Of a stretch of 64,000 nt of DNA, positions 1 to 14,000 are shown in pieces. Position 1 is the first letter of the stretch. Each line of letters opens with the position of its first letter. The translations under genes were made by a program, and so were the position numbers. The stretch lies in the NCBI GenBank assembly GCA_903813345.2, contig CAIIXF020000001.1, positions 35,712,001 through 35,776,000 on the forward strand, written 5' to 3'. This DNA is from Owenia fusiformis (Eukaryota). Under the pieces are notes generated by a model. That model saw nothing but the letters and a program-made list of their open reading frames with translations. It ran no database searches and had not been told where the DNA came from.

Positions 1-367
1 AATTGAAAAAAAGCCAAGCGTCAGAATTAAATCAGAAAATGAGATATAACATTCACACTAAACAATTAGCAACATTGAAAAGAATACAACCAATTTACAA
101 AACATCCCGCCTCTGAAATATCTGCTGTAACCTTAAAGTTTATAATAATTGCCGAAGCACCAAGAACACATTTGAAAATATCTAAAACAATTAGTCTAGT
201 AGAAAACAACCCAGACACTCAGAGTATAAATTATGTAAGCAATATGGTATTCGGGACAAAAAAATAGTAGACATATTGATATAATAATTAATTGACACTA
301 TTCATCGATGATCGATAAAACACTATGGGTCTTTTAATTGAATTTAAAATAACAGTTATTCTTATAC

Positions 368-740
368 CTGCGTTGTATTTCCATTGGAGTACACACTGGG
401 AACAGGTGAGATCTTTGGGAAGACGAGCGGAGACTTTGTAAACAGTGCGTCTTTCATCAGGGAGATAATACCTAATGCCACCATTTGTAAGCCTGAGAAG
501 ATTGGTGTTTAAGCACTTTTGGGTGATGGGCTTTGTAATATCATTATTTTCACAAATCCTGAATTCAAACCATCCTTTGTGGTTAGCTGTAATGTTCACG
601 AATATATCAATGTTTGCTCCACTTAGATATTGTTGAACTATTGTTCCAGTTGCAAATTCCCCCCCTGCCTCATTATCACGTGGCTTGTCCCACGGGTCAC
701 CACACGGACCACACTTTCCTCCGTTCACCTCCCACTGATG
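368..740 (-). CDS. AA15-type LPMO, coding exon 2 (gene continues beyond the left edge of the window)
   Basis: CAG acceptor at 743-741, phase 0. Encodes HQWEVNGGKCGPCGDPW...TANHKGWFEFRIC...LPKDLTCSQCVLQWKYNAG. Second His-brace His at 581-579. GT donor at 367 (phase 1). No GNxWG/axial-residue exon is visible in 1-367. Confidence 0.93.
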
Positions 741-1795
741 CTGTAATGAGAAACATATTCTATATTTTAAGAAATCTGGGCAGTTATATGCCAATAGCCG
801 GACACAAAAACGGTGATAATAATGGGCCTACTAGAATAGTCTTGTTCACGACATAAACATAAATGATGACCCTTCGAACCAATTTACAGTTCTACCATAT
901 GTTTAATTCTAGTGTGCCAGAGAGCCTTTGGGTGACAATTTTTTAAGTGTCATGACATTTTTTCATTAGAACCCATGTAAAATGTGATTTTTTCCACAAA
1001 TTAAAAACACGCTTTTGGATATTTAGCATTCTATATATTTCTTGCATTCACTGAAACTTTGTTATTGAACATAATAACTTTGAAGATGAAGGAAGGGTTT
1101 GTGTCCACAACAAAAAAGGAAAACGCCAAGAAAATTAAAATACCAGGGATCTGGGAATAACAAAACAATCCAGATCGATTTCAAAGTCTATCCCAGCATA
1201 TGGCTGCAAATATATTTTATGACTATTGTATCTATTTGTACTATTTATTTTTTCAGTACTACACATAAATGACCAGTTTCCCCAAGGCAGCAGGTACAGA
1301 GGTGGCGGGATCAAAATGACTTGAAAGCCTGTAAGTGATACACTCATAATCAACTCAATTCTACAGGCGTATACTTAGCTGCTTTATTGTTTGGATAGCT
1401 TAGATAATTATATATACTTATCTGTAATCCATAAAACACTTAACATAACACCATAGCAGTATTGACGATTGATATCATAGTTTATTCACTGATGACGAAA
1501 TTACCCTCGATCTAATTGTTGGCCATTGTTACATAAACACGGCATCCTACTTTTTCAAAGCCGAATCTATATTCCAAATGACCTCATTTCAAAGTGCAAT
1601 ATATATAATATTGAAATCTGGCCCTATTTTGAAACTAAGGCATGGTATGGGCTGGCTATTTGCTTGCTCGCTAGATCTGATTCTCTCGTTAAATAACACT
1701 TACCATCAATATCGGTGCTATACGTTTAAGAAACTTACAGTAAAGTTTCTTAAATACATTAGATTATGTATTTTCGTACTTTATCGAAAACTTAC

Positions 1796-1972
1796 CACAT
1801 AGCCACCACAGTATAGTTGATTGTCGTCGTAGTTAATAGGGGCGTCATAACCGAATCTCCACATGCTAGATCTTGATGCTGGCTCTATCATCCGACCGTG
1901 TCCATGAGTCAATTTAGATTGAAAAATAATCAACATACACTCGATAAAACAGAGTAAAATGTCCGAGTACAT
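1796..1972 (-). CDS. AA15-type lytic polysaccharide monooxygenase (chitin-binding type-4/LPMO fold), coding exon 1: signal peptide plus mature N-terminal His
   Basis: ATG at 1972-1970 gives MYSDILLCFIECMLIIFQSKLTHG|HGRMIEPASRSSMWRFGYDAPINYDDNQLYCGGYV. HGRxxxPxxRSSxWR directly after a signal peptide is the AA15 His1 motif. GTAAGT donor at 1795 (phase 0). Confidence 0.93.
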
Positions 1973-2053
1973 CTTTCGTTGATGTGCTAGTCCTACATGT
2001 AAAGTGAATTTTAATTTCTTTGCAATTAAATCAGATGACAAGCTTGTTTGTCA

Positions 2054-2059
2054 TTTATA
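2054..2059 (-). promoter_or_regulatory. Candidate TATA box of the LPMO gene
   Basis: TATAAA on the minus strand, ~82 bp upstream of the ATG at 1972; position only. Confidence 0.45.
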
Positions 2060-2842
2060 GTTTTTGCGAGGCTGAGTCATTCGTCAACAGGTGAATCAGC
2101 TGTTATAGTGAATCAGGTCTATTGTACGAGGTTTAGTAGAAGATTCCCTACCCCTAGGCACAAAAGGACATGGTAAACACACGTCAGTATACACATAAAT
2201 GTCATACGACACCAGAAAACAAACAAACATTGATTTATGTACTTTTACAATAATAACTACATTATCATTATGACAATGGGCATGTCAAGATTTATTCATT
2301 TCGAGAGCCATGTCAGATTTTGAAACTTATGGCGCTCCACTGCGCACTGGGCAGCTGAAGAAGAATGACCTTAAAACACGAATAATGTGATCAACGGCTT
2401 ACTTTTGGTCTTTATCTATGACCATTATGATCAGTGGCATCCATCTGTTCAAGTATTGGAGCGCTGCAGCACTTCTTTGTCGTTCAAGACTTGTAATTGT
2501 TAGTCGAGTGAATGTTTTTTCTCAGCAATGCCAATATGGCGGTCTTTGCTCGGTAATTCACGCAAATCTCCGGAGGTTTTTCGAAAGAAAATTGGCATAT
2601 TGGAACATATTTTTATCTCACTTAAACCATCCTTGGTCCAAGGGTATTTCACTTCTTCCCAAATTTAAGCATAAATGAAGTCCTTTGAAGAAGGATGACT
2701 TAAACCCCACACTAAATCTTATGGAATGTAGATGGTTCATGATCCAATCTGGAAAATTTTATTTATTTTGTATTGACTATTCAACTGGAGGTATTGTGAG
2801 TTGATACTGTAATTAGTCCAGCGTCAATGCATTGCATAGTAC

Positions 2843-3281
2843 TAACACCCCAGTCACATTTGTCGTACGGAGGCCGTGGCAGATCAATTAAATCAGTGAA
2901 TTTCTGCGGCGGGCGTAGAAAAACTACGCTTGCCTTGCGGCCTCCGTACGGCGTATCCAGTTTTTTTACAGGCCGCAGGGTCGCCGTAGAAATTATAACT
3001 CGGAGTTATAATATTTGTTCATTTCTGAGGTCTCCGTAGAAATCAACTGGCTCAACAAGATTGAATCATTATTTGTCAATGTTTCACGATCACTTTTCAT
3101 TTGATATTACATCCTAGCACTATGAATAACATTTATAAATTGTCCCGATGTAAATAAAATGAAAAAAGTATTATTTATCATCAGAAATTTAAAATTCACC
3201 GTGCGGCTGCCGTGGGAAATGTTACTGGCCGCAGAAATGATAGACCGCAAGGTCGCCGTAGGAAATGTGACTGGGGTGTTA
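2843..3281. mobile_element. MITE, probably PIF/Harbinger-like
   Basis: 19-bp terminal inverted repeat TAACACCCCAGTCACATTT (2843-2861) / AAATGTGACTGGGGTGTTA (3263-3281); no coding capacity. Confidence 0.7.
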
Positions 3282-3844
3282 ACCAAACCCCCAGAAAATC
3301 CAGAAATATGTCCTGTTGAAGAACCCAAACTTTTGTTACTCGGAACATTTTTTATTGATATTGCTCTACTGATTCCTGTTTTTTAATTTATGGAGGATTC
3401 CAGCAAGGGGCGATTTTCAAGAGTTATTTGAAAATATTTTCACAAGGAATTTCTACACGGTTGACACAATTATTCTACATATGCTAAATTATTTATGTTT
3501 AGAACCTTATAATATCAGAAAAAATGAAATATAGGTTATCGAATGTTGTAGTCATCAGATAAGACAATACACTATATCTTTTATTTTTCCTTTTTTCCTT
3601 GATCTTCTCACTGGTTACCATCACATATTTTCTTTTTAATCTTTGATCTTCCTACTGGTTATCATCAGATTTTTTGATGGTAAAAATCAAAAATGTAGTG
3701 AATAAGACTAAGTTTTTATTTTTTATTTTTCTAAGAACTAATATAAATGATATCTAATTATTGTTAAAATTGTTTTATCTGTGGAAATCGAGAAAGTGTT
3801 CAAAAATACAAATTAGTTACGCCGGTAACAAAATATTTTTTTAA

Positions 3845-4334
3845 AGAGGCACTATGCCATAGGAAAGCATAATCAATACCCCTCTGGACTTTTTTGCATG
3901 TTGAGTTTCACCACATATATACCCGTCTTCTTACCAAAGAAGAAGTCCCAAATCCCCCTCTTTCAGTGATAATTTTGCGATTGTGCTGGCCGATCTAATT
4001 ATTTTCGAAGAAATTAATTCAATCTGAGGTTTGAATATACCGGGAAAGTCCTCCTGTTATCTGATTGGTCGTTGAATTTGTTTATCATAAACCTGATTGG
4101 CTGTCTGTTTCAAGGCACTTCTGTGACTCAATGGGGATTCCCCTCGCTAGTCGAGGAATCTATTGTGTTTAATTCTGGAGTTTGGTTGTTCTGTTGATTA
4201 TTTCCGATATTTCGGCAATAATATACCCAAAAGTTATTCTCAAGATATATCCATGGTATGTGAGATATTATATGAGCAATAATAATAGGACATCATTGAT
4301 TGTCTGGGGGAGTCACCTATGGCATAATGCATCT
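3845..4334. mobile_element. TTAA-flanked MITE (Kolobok-like)
   Basis: TTAA|AGAGGCACTATGCCATAGG ... CCTATGGCATAATGCATCT|TTAA. Confidence 0.7.
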
Positions 4335-4521
4335 TTAAGAAAATCTAAAACTCTCTCAATGTGTCTTAACACTTTTCGGGTATAGTTTTGCATGATACTA
4401 TGCATTTCTAAAAATTAAAAGTGAATACCTTGGGCAGATTTTTATGAAACAAAATAAATGCATATAAAAAACTTGAAATATAAAATAGACCCTTGATCAA
4501 ACCCTTGATTGCCTCCATATA

Positions 4522-5313
4522 CACTTGATGACCCAAAAAATGCAACCCTCCATTTCTTATATTGATAGAGTTATGGTCGTTCCAATATATGCTCCAAATG
4601 TCGTCCATTTCCAATGTTAGGTTTTCGGATGAATCACATTCCCTTCTTTCTGAACAAATTCCAGATGAAGTGCTTCAAAGGCCCCTTCATTCTATTAAAT
4701 GCATCAGCCCCTTTTGGTTTGAGGTTAATAATGGCAACACTGTTACTGTTAACACACAGCGCAATATTGGCATTCCCAGGAAGTTCTAGGCAGTTCTAGA
4801 GTGACATAGAGGCTTCAATAGACAAGAACAGTGGTTCTAGAAGGATGGACACTTCTAATGATAGCATAGCCTGGCTCACTAGTCATTTCTATGAGAAAAT
4901 TATCTCTCCTAGGACGGAGAACCCATGGTCATCCCATAGTCTTGATCTCAATGCCCCTGACTTCTATATATGGGGTTATTTAAAGGATATGAGTATGAAA
5001 ATAACCCTACCGCAATTGCAGAACTCCAACAAGCAATGGCTGCAAAAGTTTGAGCCATACCCATGGGGAAGAATGCATCCGTGTTATGAACAGTTTTCCT
5101 TGAACATTGCAAGAGTATTTTCAGCGAAATTGATGACATCTGGAGCATATTTTGAAACAACCATAACTCTATCAATATAAGACTATGATTATTAAAACTT
5201 TGCCAGAGGATCCCACATTGAACGAAGTCCTTGTGCCAAATCTCAGAGCAATTTACCTCCATTTAAGAAAAATATTGAAGAAATGGAGGGTTGCATTTTT
5301 TGGGGCCACCCTG
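4522..5313 (+). mobile_element. Decayed Tc1/mariner transposon with transposase remnant
   Basis: TIR CCAAAAAATGCAACCCTCCATTTC and its inverse ending CCACCCTG|TA. Broken frames encode FSDESH, TVTVN and WSSHSLDLNAPDFYIWGYLKD (SPDLNPxDFxxWGYLK motif). Confidence 0.85.
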
Positions 5314-8038
5314 TACTTAAATTGATTGACCTGAATATAGCCAAAATTAACCAATAAATGACCATATATTGTTTTTCTAGTAGAAATGTGTGTAGTTAAA
5401 TATAGAGAGAGCTTTTCAAAGAGAATTTTTAAATTGGATTTTTGATAGAACTTTTGCTCATAAAAGGACCCCTGTTTAACCCCGCCATAACTTACTAAAA
5501 CTCCAAGGGATTTTGCTAAATTTGTAAAAACAAATCAAGAACTGTCTATATTACTATATTTTCAAACATCGAAAACTGGGGTTCTGCAACAGGACATAAA
5601 ACCTTTAGAAAGTCTATAGAAATTTTTGGTTGACACTAGTAACAGACCAGGTACAGTGTAAAATTCGTTTATATTTACTATTCAACTATTGAGTGCACAG
5701 CATAGAATATTTTAATGAGTATCTATTTGTGCAGAAGTACGATTGACATTGTCATTACATTTGTTGGTTTATTCTCTCTGCCTGCGAATAAGCAGCTTTT
5801 CAGTTAAAAATATATTCGTGTGAAAATCTTGAAATTTCTTGTAAGAACGACCTGCTCCCCAACATTCACCAAATTAAGCGATTTTATCCCGTGAAGTGTA
5901 AAAAGTTGGAAGCAATATTTTCAAACTGCTATTCCAATATTCCTTTAGCAATTAATCCTAATTTCATCATCTGAAAGAAGAATTCGAGCTATCTTATCAA
6001 ATGTAGATGTTGCCCCCATTTTCACCAAAAGATGGCTGACTTTGGGAATCGTGGGTAGAAGAAACCAAGATGGCAGACATCAAATAGGGCAATGGTTGAA
6101 GACTACAGAAGAGTTTCCCATTGGTGGCCATTATAACATTTTACCCTGTATCTTATTAAAGACTAGTATCCAAGCCTAGTGCAACATACCACAGTGTTCG
6201 GGAGAGACTCGCCTAGCCAGCTGTAACAATCTTACCATGGGTTGTCTACCGAATTTTTGAGATAAATAAACTTGAAGACACTAACCCCCTCTATCGTCAG
6301 ATTTCTAAGAGAATTCTGGTAAAATCACCAAGGTCAAAATCACTCCAACGCCAGCTTAGAATGAGATTTTCCACTGAACTTTGACATAAATTAGGACCTA
6401 CCTTATAAATATTTAGTCCCGATTCACTTCCCAAACGCCAGATGGCGCTCCAATGGGGTAGGGAAGGAGAAAATGACTTTTAATACAGAAAACCAAATCA
6501 CCGCTAGTGTCCTTACTCAGGACTATATCCAATATGGCGTCAATCTCGATAAACAAAATGGCCAACTCACCCAAACACTGGCTATTGTCTAATCTTTTCC
6601 CAATAGTCGCAACGAACGCAATCTGCATAAAGTAAAACAGCATCTAATACAGATATATCCAAATATAGTACACAATTTAGATCCAACTCGCTCGCACATA
6701 TATTGATTAAACATAATTTTAAATTATTTTATTATTCCATTTTAACTAATAAATTTTTTGATATAGATGAAATACATGAGTGACAATTCATGTACATAAG
6801 CTAGTACATAAGCTAGCACTCAAAGTCAACAACTACCAGACTTGTCCTCAATTTTCAGCAAAACAGAAAAATCGTCCTATAGCAGAAGTTGACCATCACT
6901 TTTAAAAAGCTGTAATTATAATGAAATGGATTATGAGTTAAAATGATTTTATATGTTAGGATTAGGAATGCTTTAAAGTTTTTCCAATGGCTGAAAATTA
7001 TTGAGAATTGAAAAAGTTATTAAGAAAACCGAGGTGAATGACTTGTTTTGTCCCGGCTACTATCATCGTATACGTATTTGATAAGCTTTTTTAGTTATGT
7101 TATTTAGCTATTTGGTCTCTTTGTTAATGAGTTATAATGTGCTAAAAACCCTGGGGTATATTTCTCAGTCAGTATCCTATTAAACATGGGGGTATGAATA
7201 TTTTTATGAATATATTTATCAAGATAATTTGAAATGCTTGATTAAAATATCAATTATCACATTCATTCACATTTCTTATTGTTCCATATAGCCAAGAGAT
7301 ATTTTCTCGTTACTTGTTATTGGCTGACTTATCATTTCTGCAACAGTTAAAGGGAGCTACTGAATCGTTGTCAAAATGTTATTGATTAATGTTTTACCTC
7401 AAACAATTAAGTTCCGTCTTTATATTCAAGTAAAATACAAATAATTGATTATTACATTTTGTGTTTTGTTTGTATTTTGTATTATTGGTTTGCTACAAAA
7501 GGTGGTATTGTCACATTGTTAGAGAATAGAAAGGTGGTTTTCAAAGACTCCTAATTTATTTGTTTGATTTCCTATATGTGTTAACCAGTTTTCTTAATTG
7601 CTTTAATCTAGGACCGTACCCTGTAAAGTTTGGGTGTCTCAAACGACGACACCATGGGAAACAAATAGATTCTCAATACTGTATAGAAATACATGTATGG
7701 ACGAAGTGGATTATTACAATATTGATTAGGCAATAATCACTTGAAAGAAAGCATCGACAATGATTTTTCCTATCGACAGTATTTTGTCTGATCAATACAT
7801 TTATCATGCAACATATTTACCTGAAAAGTAAGCAAAAGGTTCCTCTGCATTGGTTAAAGTATTGGTATAATGATACACGCTGAGAAAGGATCATCTCTTC
7901 TAATATTCATAATACAATGATTCGAGAACAAAACGACCAACCAAATATGAAGCCTGCTTCTCTTAAAACTTAAATTTGAATCAAAGGATAATACGTGATA
8001 TTTCATGTGAGCATAAAAAGGAATATTCAGTCTGATAA

Positions 8039-8090
8039 ATGGATCATATTTTTGTAATATACTTATTTATTACTATTGTGACAATGAAAG
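8039..8090 (+). CDS. Exon 1: signal peptide ([17 protein letters not shown])
   Basis: ATG at 8039, hydrophobic stretch, AG|GTAAGC donor at 8091 (phase 1). Joins exon 2 to give ...TMKDVNG|YCP, a plausible cleavage site. Confidence 0.7.
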
Positions 8091-11000
8091 GTAAGCAACT
8101 TATCATTTTCATCATGTTCAATGTTCACTCATGTTAAAACACACTCCTATGTAACTGGATACAGTTTTGATGATATGAAACAACAATGATAAAATGGAAG
8201 TATAAATGTGTAAATTGCATTTTGATAAGACTTTTCTAGTCTTCTTTTGACATGTTTGAACAGAACTGCAGCAAAAAATAAAAATTATAAAATATCAGTT
8301 TATTGTGTGAGATTTATTGGAGGTTTGTTTCATTATGACAAATTGCACTCCGATGTTCCATTTTAACTGTAAACACTTCTACTTGGATGCCCCCTCCCTT
8401 GGTATCGGGGAATATCAATTTTGAAAGTGGCACAGCCATTCGACCAAAATTAACGGAATATTCACTGTTATGAGTTTTATTCTGTATCAAAGAGAGAATC
8501 AGATATAGCGAGCAGGCTAAACAAAAAATTGTTTCAATTTCAGAATATTTTTGTTCAGCTCATGTCATTCCTTGCCATGTCTATTTTCTAAAAATCACAA
8601 AAGTGCATACTTTATTCCAGGAAAATTAAAGATTTTTACAATAATGTATTATTTTTCTATGGTTACCATTCTTATCATTTGGGAGAATTTAAACATTTTT
8701 CACTCATTTTTTGCACTTTGAATCATTAATAACTCACCAATTTATAACATATTGTGAATCTTTTTGGAGATATTGTATTCGATATTGTAAGGGATATATA
8801 TTGGTAGGTCAATTATATATGTTGCTTGTAATTTTGTCACCCCCTACAGATAGATTCTGCCTTTAAGCGAAAGTGATGTTAAAACAAATTATAGGAAAAT
8901 AAAACATTCAGTATTGCAGGTGAATGTCATAAGATATTTAATCAATTAAATTAATTTGATGAATCTTTTTATTAAATTAAAGGAGCCGGTATCAAAATAT
9001 AGAGCCACAATATTTGATATGTTCTACAATTTGGAGTAAAAGTGGTAAAAACTAAACCCATTTTCTACAATTTGGAGTACATAAAATGCGACTAGTGACC
9101 CGCTATAGTATTTTTATCAGATCACTTAACATTGATTTGTCCATCTGACTCGCGAAATCCACTTTCCGTCAATAATAGTGGCACGTTTTAAAACCTCTGT
9201 CGATAGGATCCCCGTTTTAAGTTATTTCTGTTCAACATCAATACAGAAAACTCCCCTATGACTCCTGGTTCAAAAGCTCGCCTATTTTCAAAATGGCCGC
9301 CATTTTTGTCTCACGAAATTCACTTTTGACCCATTTCCTAGCTTTACAAATAATTTCAGGTGTCCTGCATTGTAAAAATCCATGTTGATGTAAAGAGTAG
9401 TTGTATGAAATAATTTTGTTACAAAAAATCAGCAAAAAATTATTTCAATTTTTTAATTTTCAGCCATTTTAGTTAACATTGATTTAACAATCTGTCTCGC
9501 GGAATCCACTTTTGAACCATTTGCCTTAAAACCTCTGTTGATAGGATTCCCGTTTTAAGTTATTTTTGTTCAACATCAATACAGAAAACTCCCCTCTGGC
9601 CCCTGGTTCAAAAGCTCGCCTATTTTCAAGATGGCCGCCATTTTTGTCTCGCGAAATTCATTTTTGACCCATTTCCTAGCTTTACAAATAATGTCAGGTG
9701 TCCTGCATTGTAAAAAGCCATTTCATTGTAAAGAGAAGTTGTATGAAATAATTTTGTTACAAAAATCGGCAAAAAATCATGTCCTTCTTTTATTTTCAGC
9801 CATTTTAGTTAACATTGATTTGTCAATCTGTCTCTCAGTCAGTCCAAAATAGTGGCAAGTTTTAAAACCTCTGTCTGTCAACACTTTGCTCTTTCTAAAT
9901 CCTCTGTAGATAGGATTCCCGTTTTAAAATATTTTTGTTCAACATCAATAAAGAAAAAAAACCTGTGACTCCTGCTTCAAAATTTCGCCTATTTTCAAAA
10001 TGGCCACCATTTTTGTCTCGGGAAATTCACTTTTGGCCCATATCCTAGCTTTACAAATAAGTTCAGGTTTCCTGCATTGTAAAAAGCCATGTCTTTGTAA
10101 AGAGTAGCTGATGAAATAATTTTTTTACAAAAAATCGGCAAAAAATTATATCCGTTTTTTTTATTTTCACTTTTGAGCAAAACCATGTGAGCCCAGTAGT
10201 CTAGTAGGAAGGTATGGTCCCCATGCACCCGAAAGATGTATTTTTTTAATGTACATTTTTGTAATCCTAAAGGTCCATACTAAAGATTTTTGCATGTTCC
10301 CAGAATGAAATATTGTCCCATGGTATCCATTGGCGGCCATCTTGTCGGCCATCTTGAATTTTTGAAAGAGTTGGTGTTAATTATCTCAAAGTACAATAAC
10401 TTCCACAGTTTTGAGAATTGAAAGCTGTAAGTGGTACCAAAATGAAGCTTTTATAGTATCCTATATTATCAGATACAATAATTATGCAAATTGCCTCATT
10501 TGCATAAAATGTGACATCATCAATCATAATTCTTGCCTCTTTACAACGGTATCGCATTATACCTTTCCGCCTGAGTGATCAGTGTTAGGCATTCATGAAC
10601 ATAAATGAATTTAAATATATAGGTACATTAATTTTGAACATATTTGCAATTGAAAGTTTTGGAAAAACATTGTCAGACACATGATTATGTAACTGAAAAG
10701 GGGCGTGGCACTTCTTGCGAAAGAATTGATGTTAATCATTTCAAAGTACAATTACTTCCACAGTTTTGAGAGTTGAAAGCTGTTAGTGGTACCAAACTGA
10801 AGCTATCACAATATCCTATATTATAAGATACAATAATTATGTTAATTACCATATTTGCATAAAATATGACATCATCAATCATTATTTTTGCCCTTTTTCA
10901 ACATAATGCATATTGCCTTTTCCTCTGAGTGACCATCTTGGTCTCTCATGAATAAAAGATATTAAATATATACATTCATTTTAAACATATTTGCAATTGA

Positions 11001-14000
11001 AAGTTTGAACATATTTGCATTGAAAGTTTTAGAAAAACATTGTCAGAAATTAAGGTATGACCTTTCAAATGATTATTGTTCTGAAAAGGGGCGTGGCACT
11101 TGTTGAAAATCTGTAATGTTATTATATAGTCAATGTATCATTTGTAAAATACCCAGGGGTTCACTGAATGAATACACAATTTTGTAGGGGTCCTAGGCTG
11201 AGCCCTCAGATATCATTATGTTCCCATACCAATCTCAAATTTCAATGTGTTCCCATACCAACCAAAATAATGCCCAAAAGCCATACCAAATATCCAAATA
11301 TAAGACCAATGCTATATCAAATGTCCAAATATAGGACTAATGCCATTCCAAATATCCCAAAAATATAAGACCAAGGGAATGCAAAATGTCTAAAGCCCCT
11401 GGAAGAAGGCAGAACTTTTAGGAAAATGATCCAAAACAACCTCAAATTAAGGACATTTGTAAAAACTAGACCAATCCCATACCACAAGTGAGAGGTAACC
11501 TATTCTCCATGACCATTCTTGTACCCCAAAGTAGAGAAATCCGACCATTGTCATATCTCAAAAGTCATATTTTGGGGGCATTCTCATTCCAGATCCTAAA
11601 ATTTGGATCCATTGCCATACCAAATGTTAAAAGAGGTACCCCCGTCAAGGTTTATATATAGTGAACCCCCTGGGTGTAAAATATAGCTTTTGACTTTTAG
11701 AAAGTAGCCCAGTGATGTCCCTTATTCCTAGCTTGTTCAGAAATTCTTGTTGGTCTGTTTGGCAGACATTTAAATTTCAGCCAAAGATATATAAGCTGTA
11801 TCGCTTTTGAACTAAGTACTGTACAGATACGAATGACCACATATCCCCATATCATTTAAGGATAGGCAGTGAACTGAAAAGGGTACCCACAGTATTTAGT
11901 TCTTAAAGCTATATAATTATTAACTCAATATGTATTATGCCTGTACTTCAGTCCAATGTTTTATCCAAGACATCCGACTGGACTCTCAACTGACCTCTCC
12001 CAAAAACTGATGTCAAAACACAGTAGGACCATCATCTTCAATGAGCTCACGGTACCTTCAGAAGACCAACTAAAATATCTCATCAGCTTAAAAATCCAAG
12101 ACCTATTTGATGACAAGAGGGTGGTATGCAGTTATGCAACCAATAGAAGTGGGATGCAGAGCCCAGCCCCTTCACTATGTTACCTCTTATCCAAGTTAGA
12201 ACGATTTCCATCCCAGATGCGAGGACAAGGAGTGGAGGAAACATCTGTGAAACACCATTGTGTTGGGCCAAGTAGAAGACAAAAGCTTCTCTTGGGAAGG
12301 AGAGATGAAGCCGGCAGTGTTAGTGGACGGCTTCATCACTGGCAAGAGAGCTTCAACAGATGCTTCTTAAGAGATTACTTCATCTTAGTCATCCAAAGAT
12401 TCTTCTTCCAAAGATAGAAACACTCAGGAAAAGAGAAGCATAGGACCAGGAAGACATTCTTTGAAAATCTCTATAGGCTCACATCAAACTTGTTAGGGAA
12501 CCAAAAGAGTGCCCATATGGCATGTACGCAGGATCAAGCAGAAGCAAATACTTTGGCAGCACACAGTGACCCAGATCGAGAGATGCCATTGGGTAATTTT
12601 CCAATTGACATCCCACCAGATTTATCATCAAAACCGTTTGACCAGTCAGATTTCAAGCTTGATGAGGTAAGAACAATCATCAGGAAGGCTCAGCCTCAGG
12701 TCTAAAAGGTGTGACATACAGGGTCTACAAGAACTGCGGAAAGCTGTTAATACATCTATGGCGATTGCTAACAAGCATCCAGAACAAAAAATCTAGCAAG
12801 GACTTGGACTTAGGCGGAAAGGTGCTTCATTCCAAAGGAGCTAAAATTTGAGCGACTGAACCAGTTCAGGTAGACATCATTATTGGATGCTGAGGGAAAG
12901 ATCTTCTGGGCCATTATGGTCAAGCGTCGAAGTTGTTTCCTAGTGGCCTGCCAAGCATTCAGAAAGTGGTCTCCCAAGACATCATGGGGTACATATAGCA
13001 GCATAAGCCAACTTGTGAAGGAAGCCAAGAAAGAGAATCAGTAGTTTGGCTGGACAGAAGGCCTACCTAGCGTCCCTCACCAACTGATACTAGAGGTACA
13101 GTTCACTTTCACGTACCAAAAGCAACAGATGTAGTCAATCTGACAATGGGAAACACAAACTCCTTGAAGTTGCACAATACATTTTGCAATTATACCACTA
13201 ATTAGCAGAGTTCGGAGAAAGGCATAGTGGCAGACTGCACTGTATCAGTAGTTCTCTTCGTAACATCCATGAACTCTAAATGCAGGGATGATGCAGTGTA
13301 AGGTTCCACAAGCAAATGAAGGTGCAAAACACCTACCATACAGAGCTTTCATGGATGACATCACAGTTATGACCCGTTCAGTAGTGAGTACCAGATGGGT
13401 TCTATTAGCTATGGAAAGAATGGCAAACTGGACTTGCATGAAGTTAAAAGCCAACCAGGTCAAGAAGCATGGTTTTGGTTGATGGCAAGCTTTCTCCAAT
13501 GCAGTTCAAAATAAAGGGCAAGCAAATACCAACAGTGCATGATAAAAGAATCAAATGTCTAGAGAATAACTATGACAAAACCTTGCGTGGTTTGAACAAT
13601 ACAGCTGTAGTCTCAAGGGACCTGGACAAGTGGCTTAAAGCCATTGACTCAAGTCATATATCGGGGTGTTATGACATTACTCCCCAATTTCAGTGGCCTT
13701 TCTAGATTTACGACATTACCTGGGAACCCTCACTTCAGCAATTCTTGAAATGGAATGACCTTTGGTCCATGGACTGAGGGGAGTTCAATTTCCTATTAAG
13801 AGCTTTCCTTGACCTGGTCTCAACTCCATCAAACCTCAGACTTTGGGGCAAGGAAGAAACTGCCAACTGCCCCAAGTGCATGGCAACTGAATGACACGTA
13901 CATTAAATCATATACTCAGTATTTGGGTTACAGCTCCCACTGATGGACAATAAAGATGGCGTCATGATTGAGGCTGAGGATGCCCATACTTTGATCTGGG

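Noticed and set aside
741..794. N-terminal extension MAYNCPDFLKYRICFSLQ of the 168-aa ORF, and MSSDLIAK... upstream of 1972
   Set aside because: The first is intron sequence before the acceptor. The second is 5' sequence opened at a non-ATG codon.
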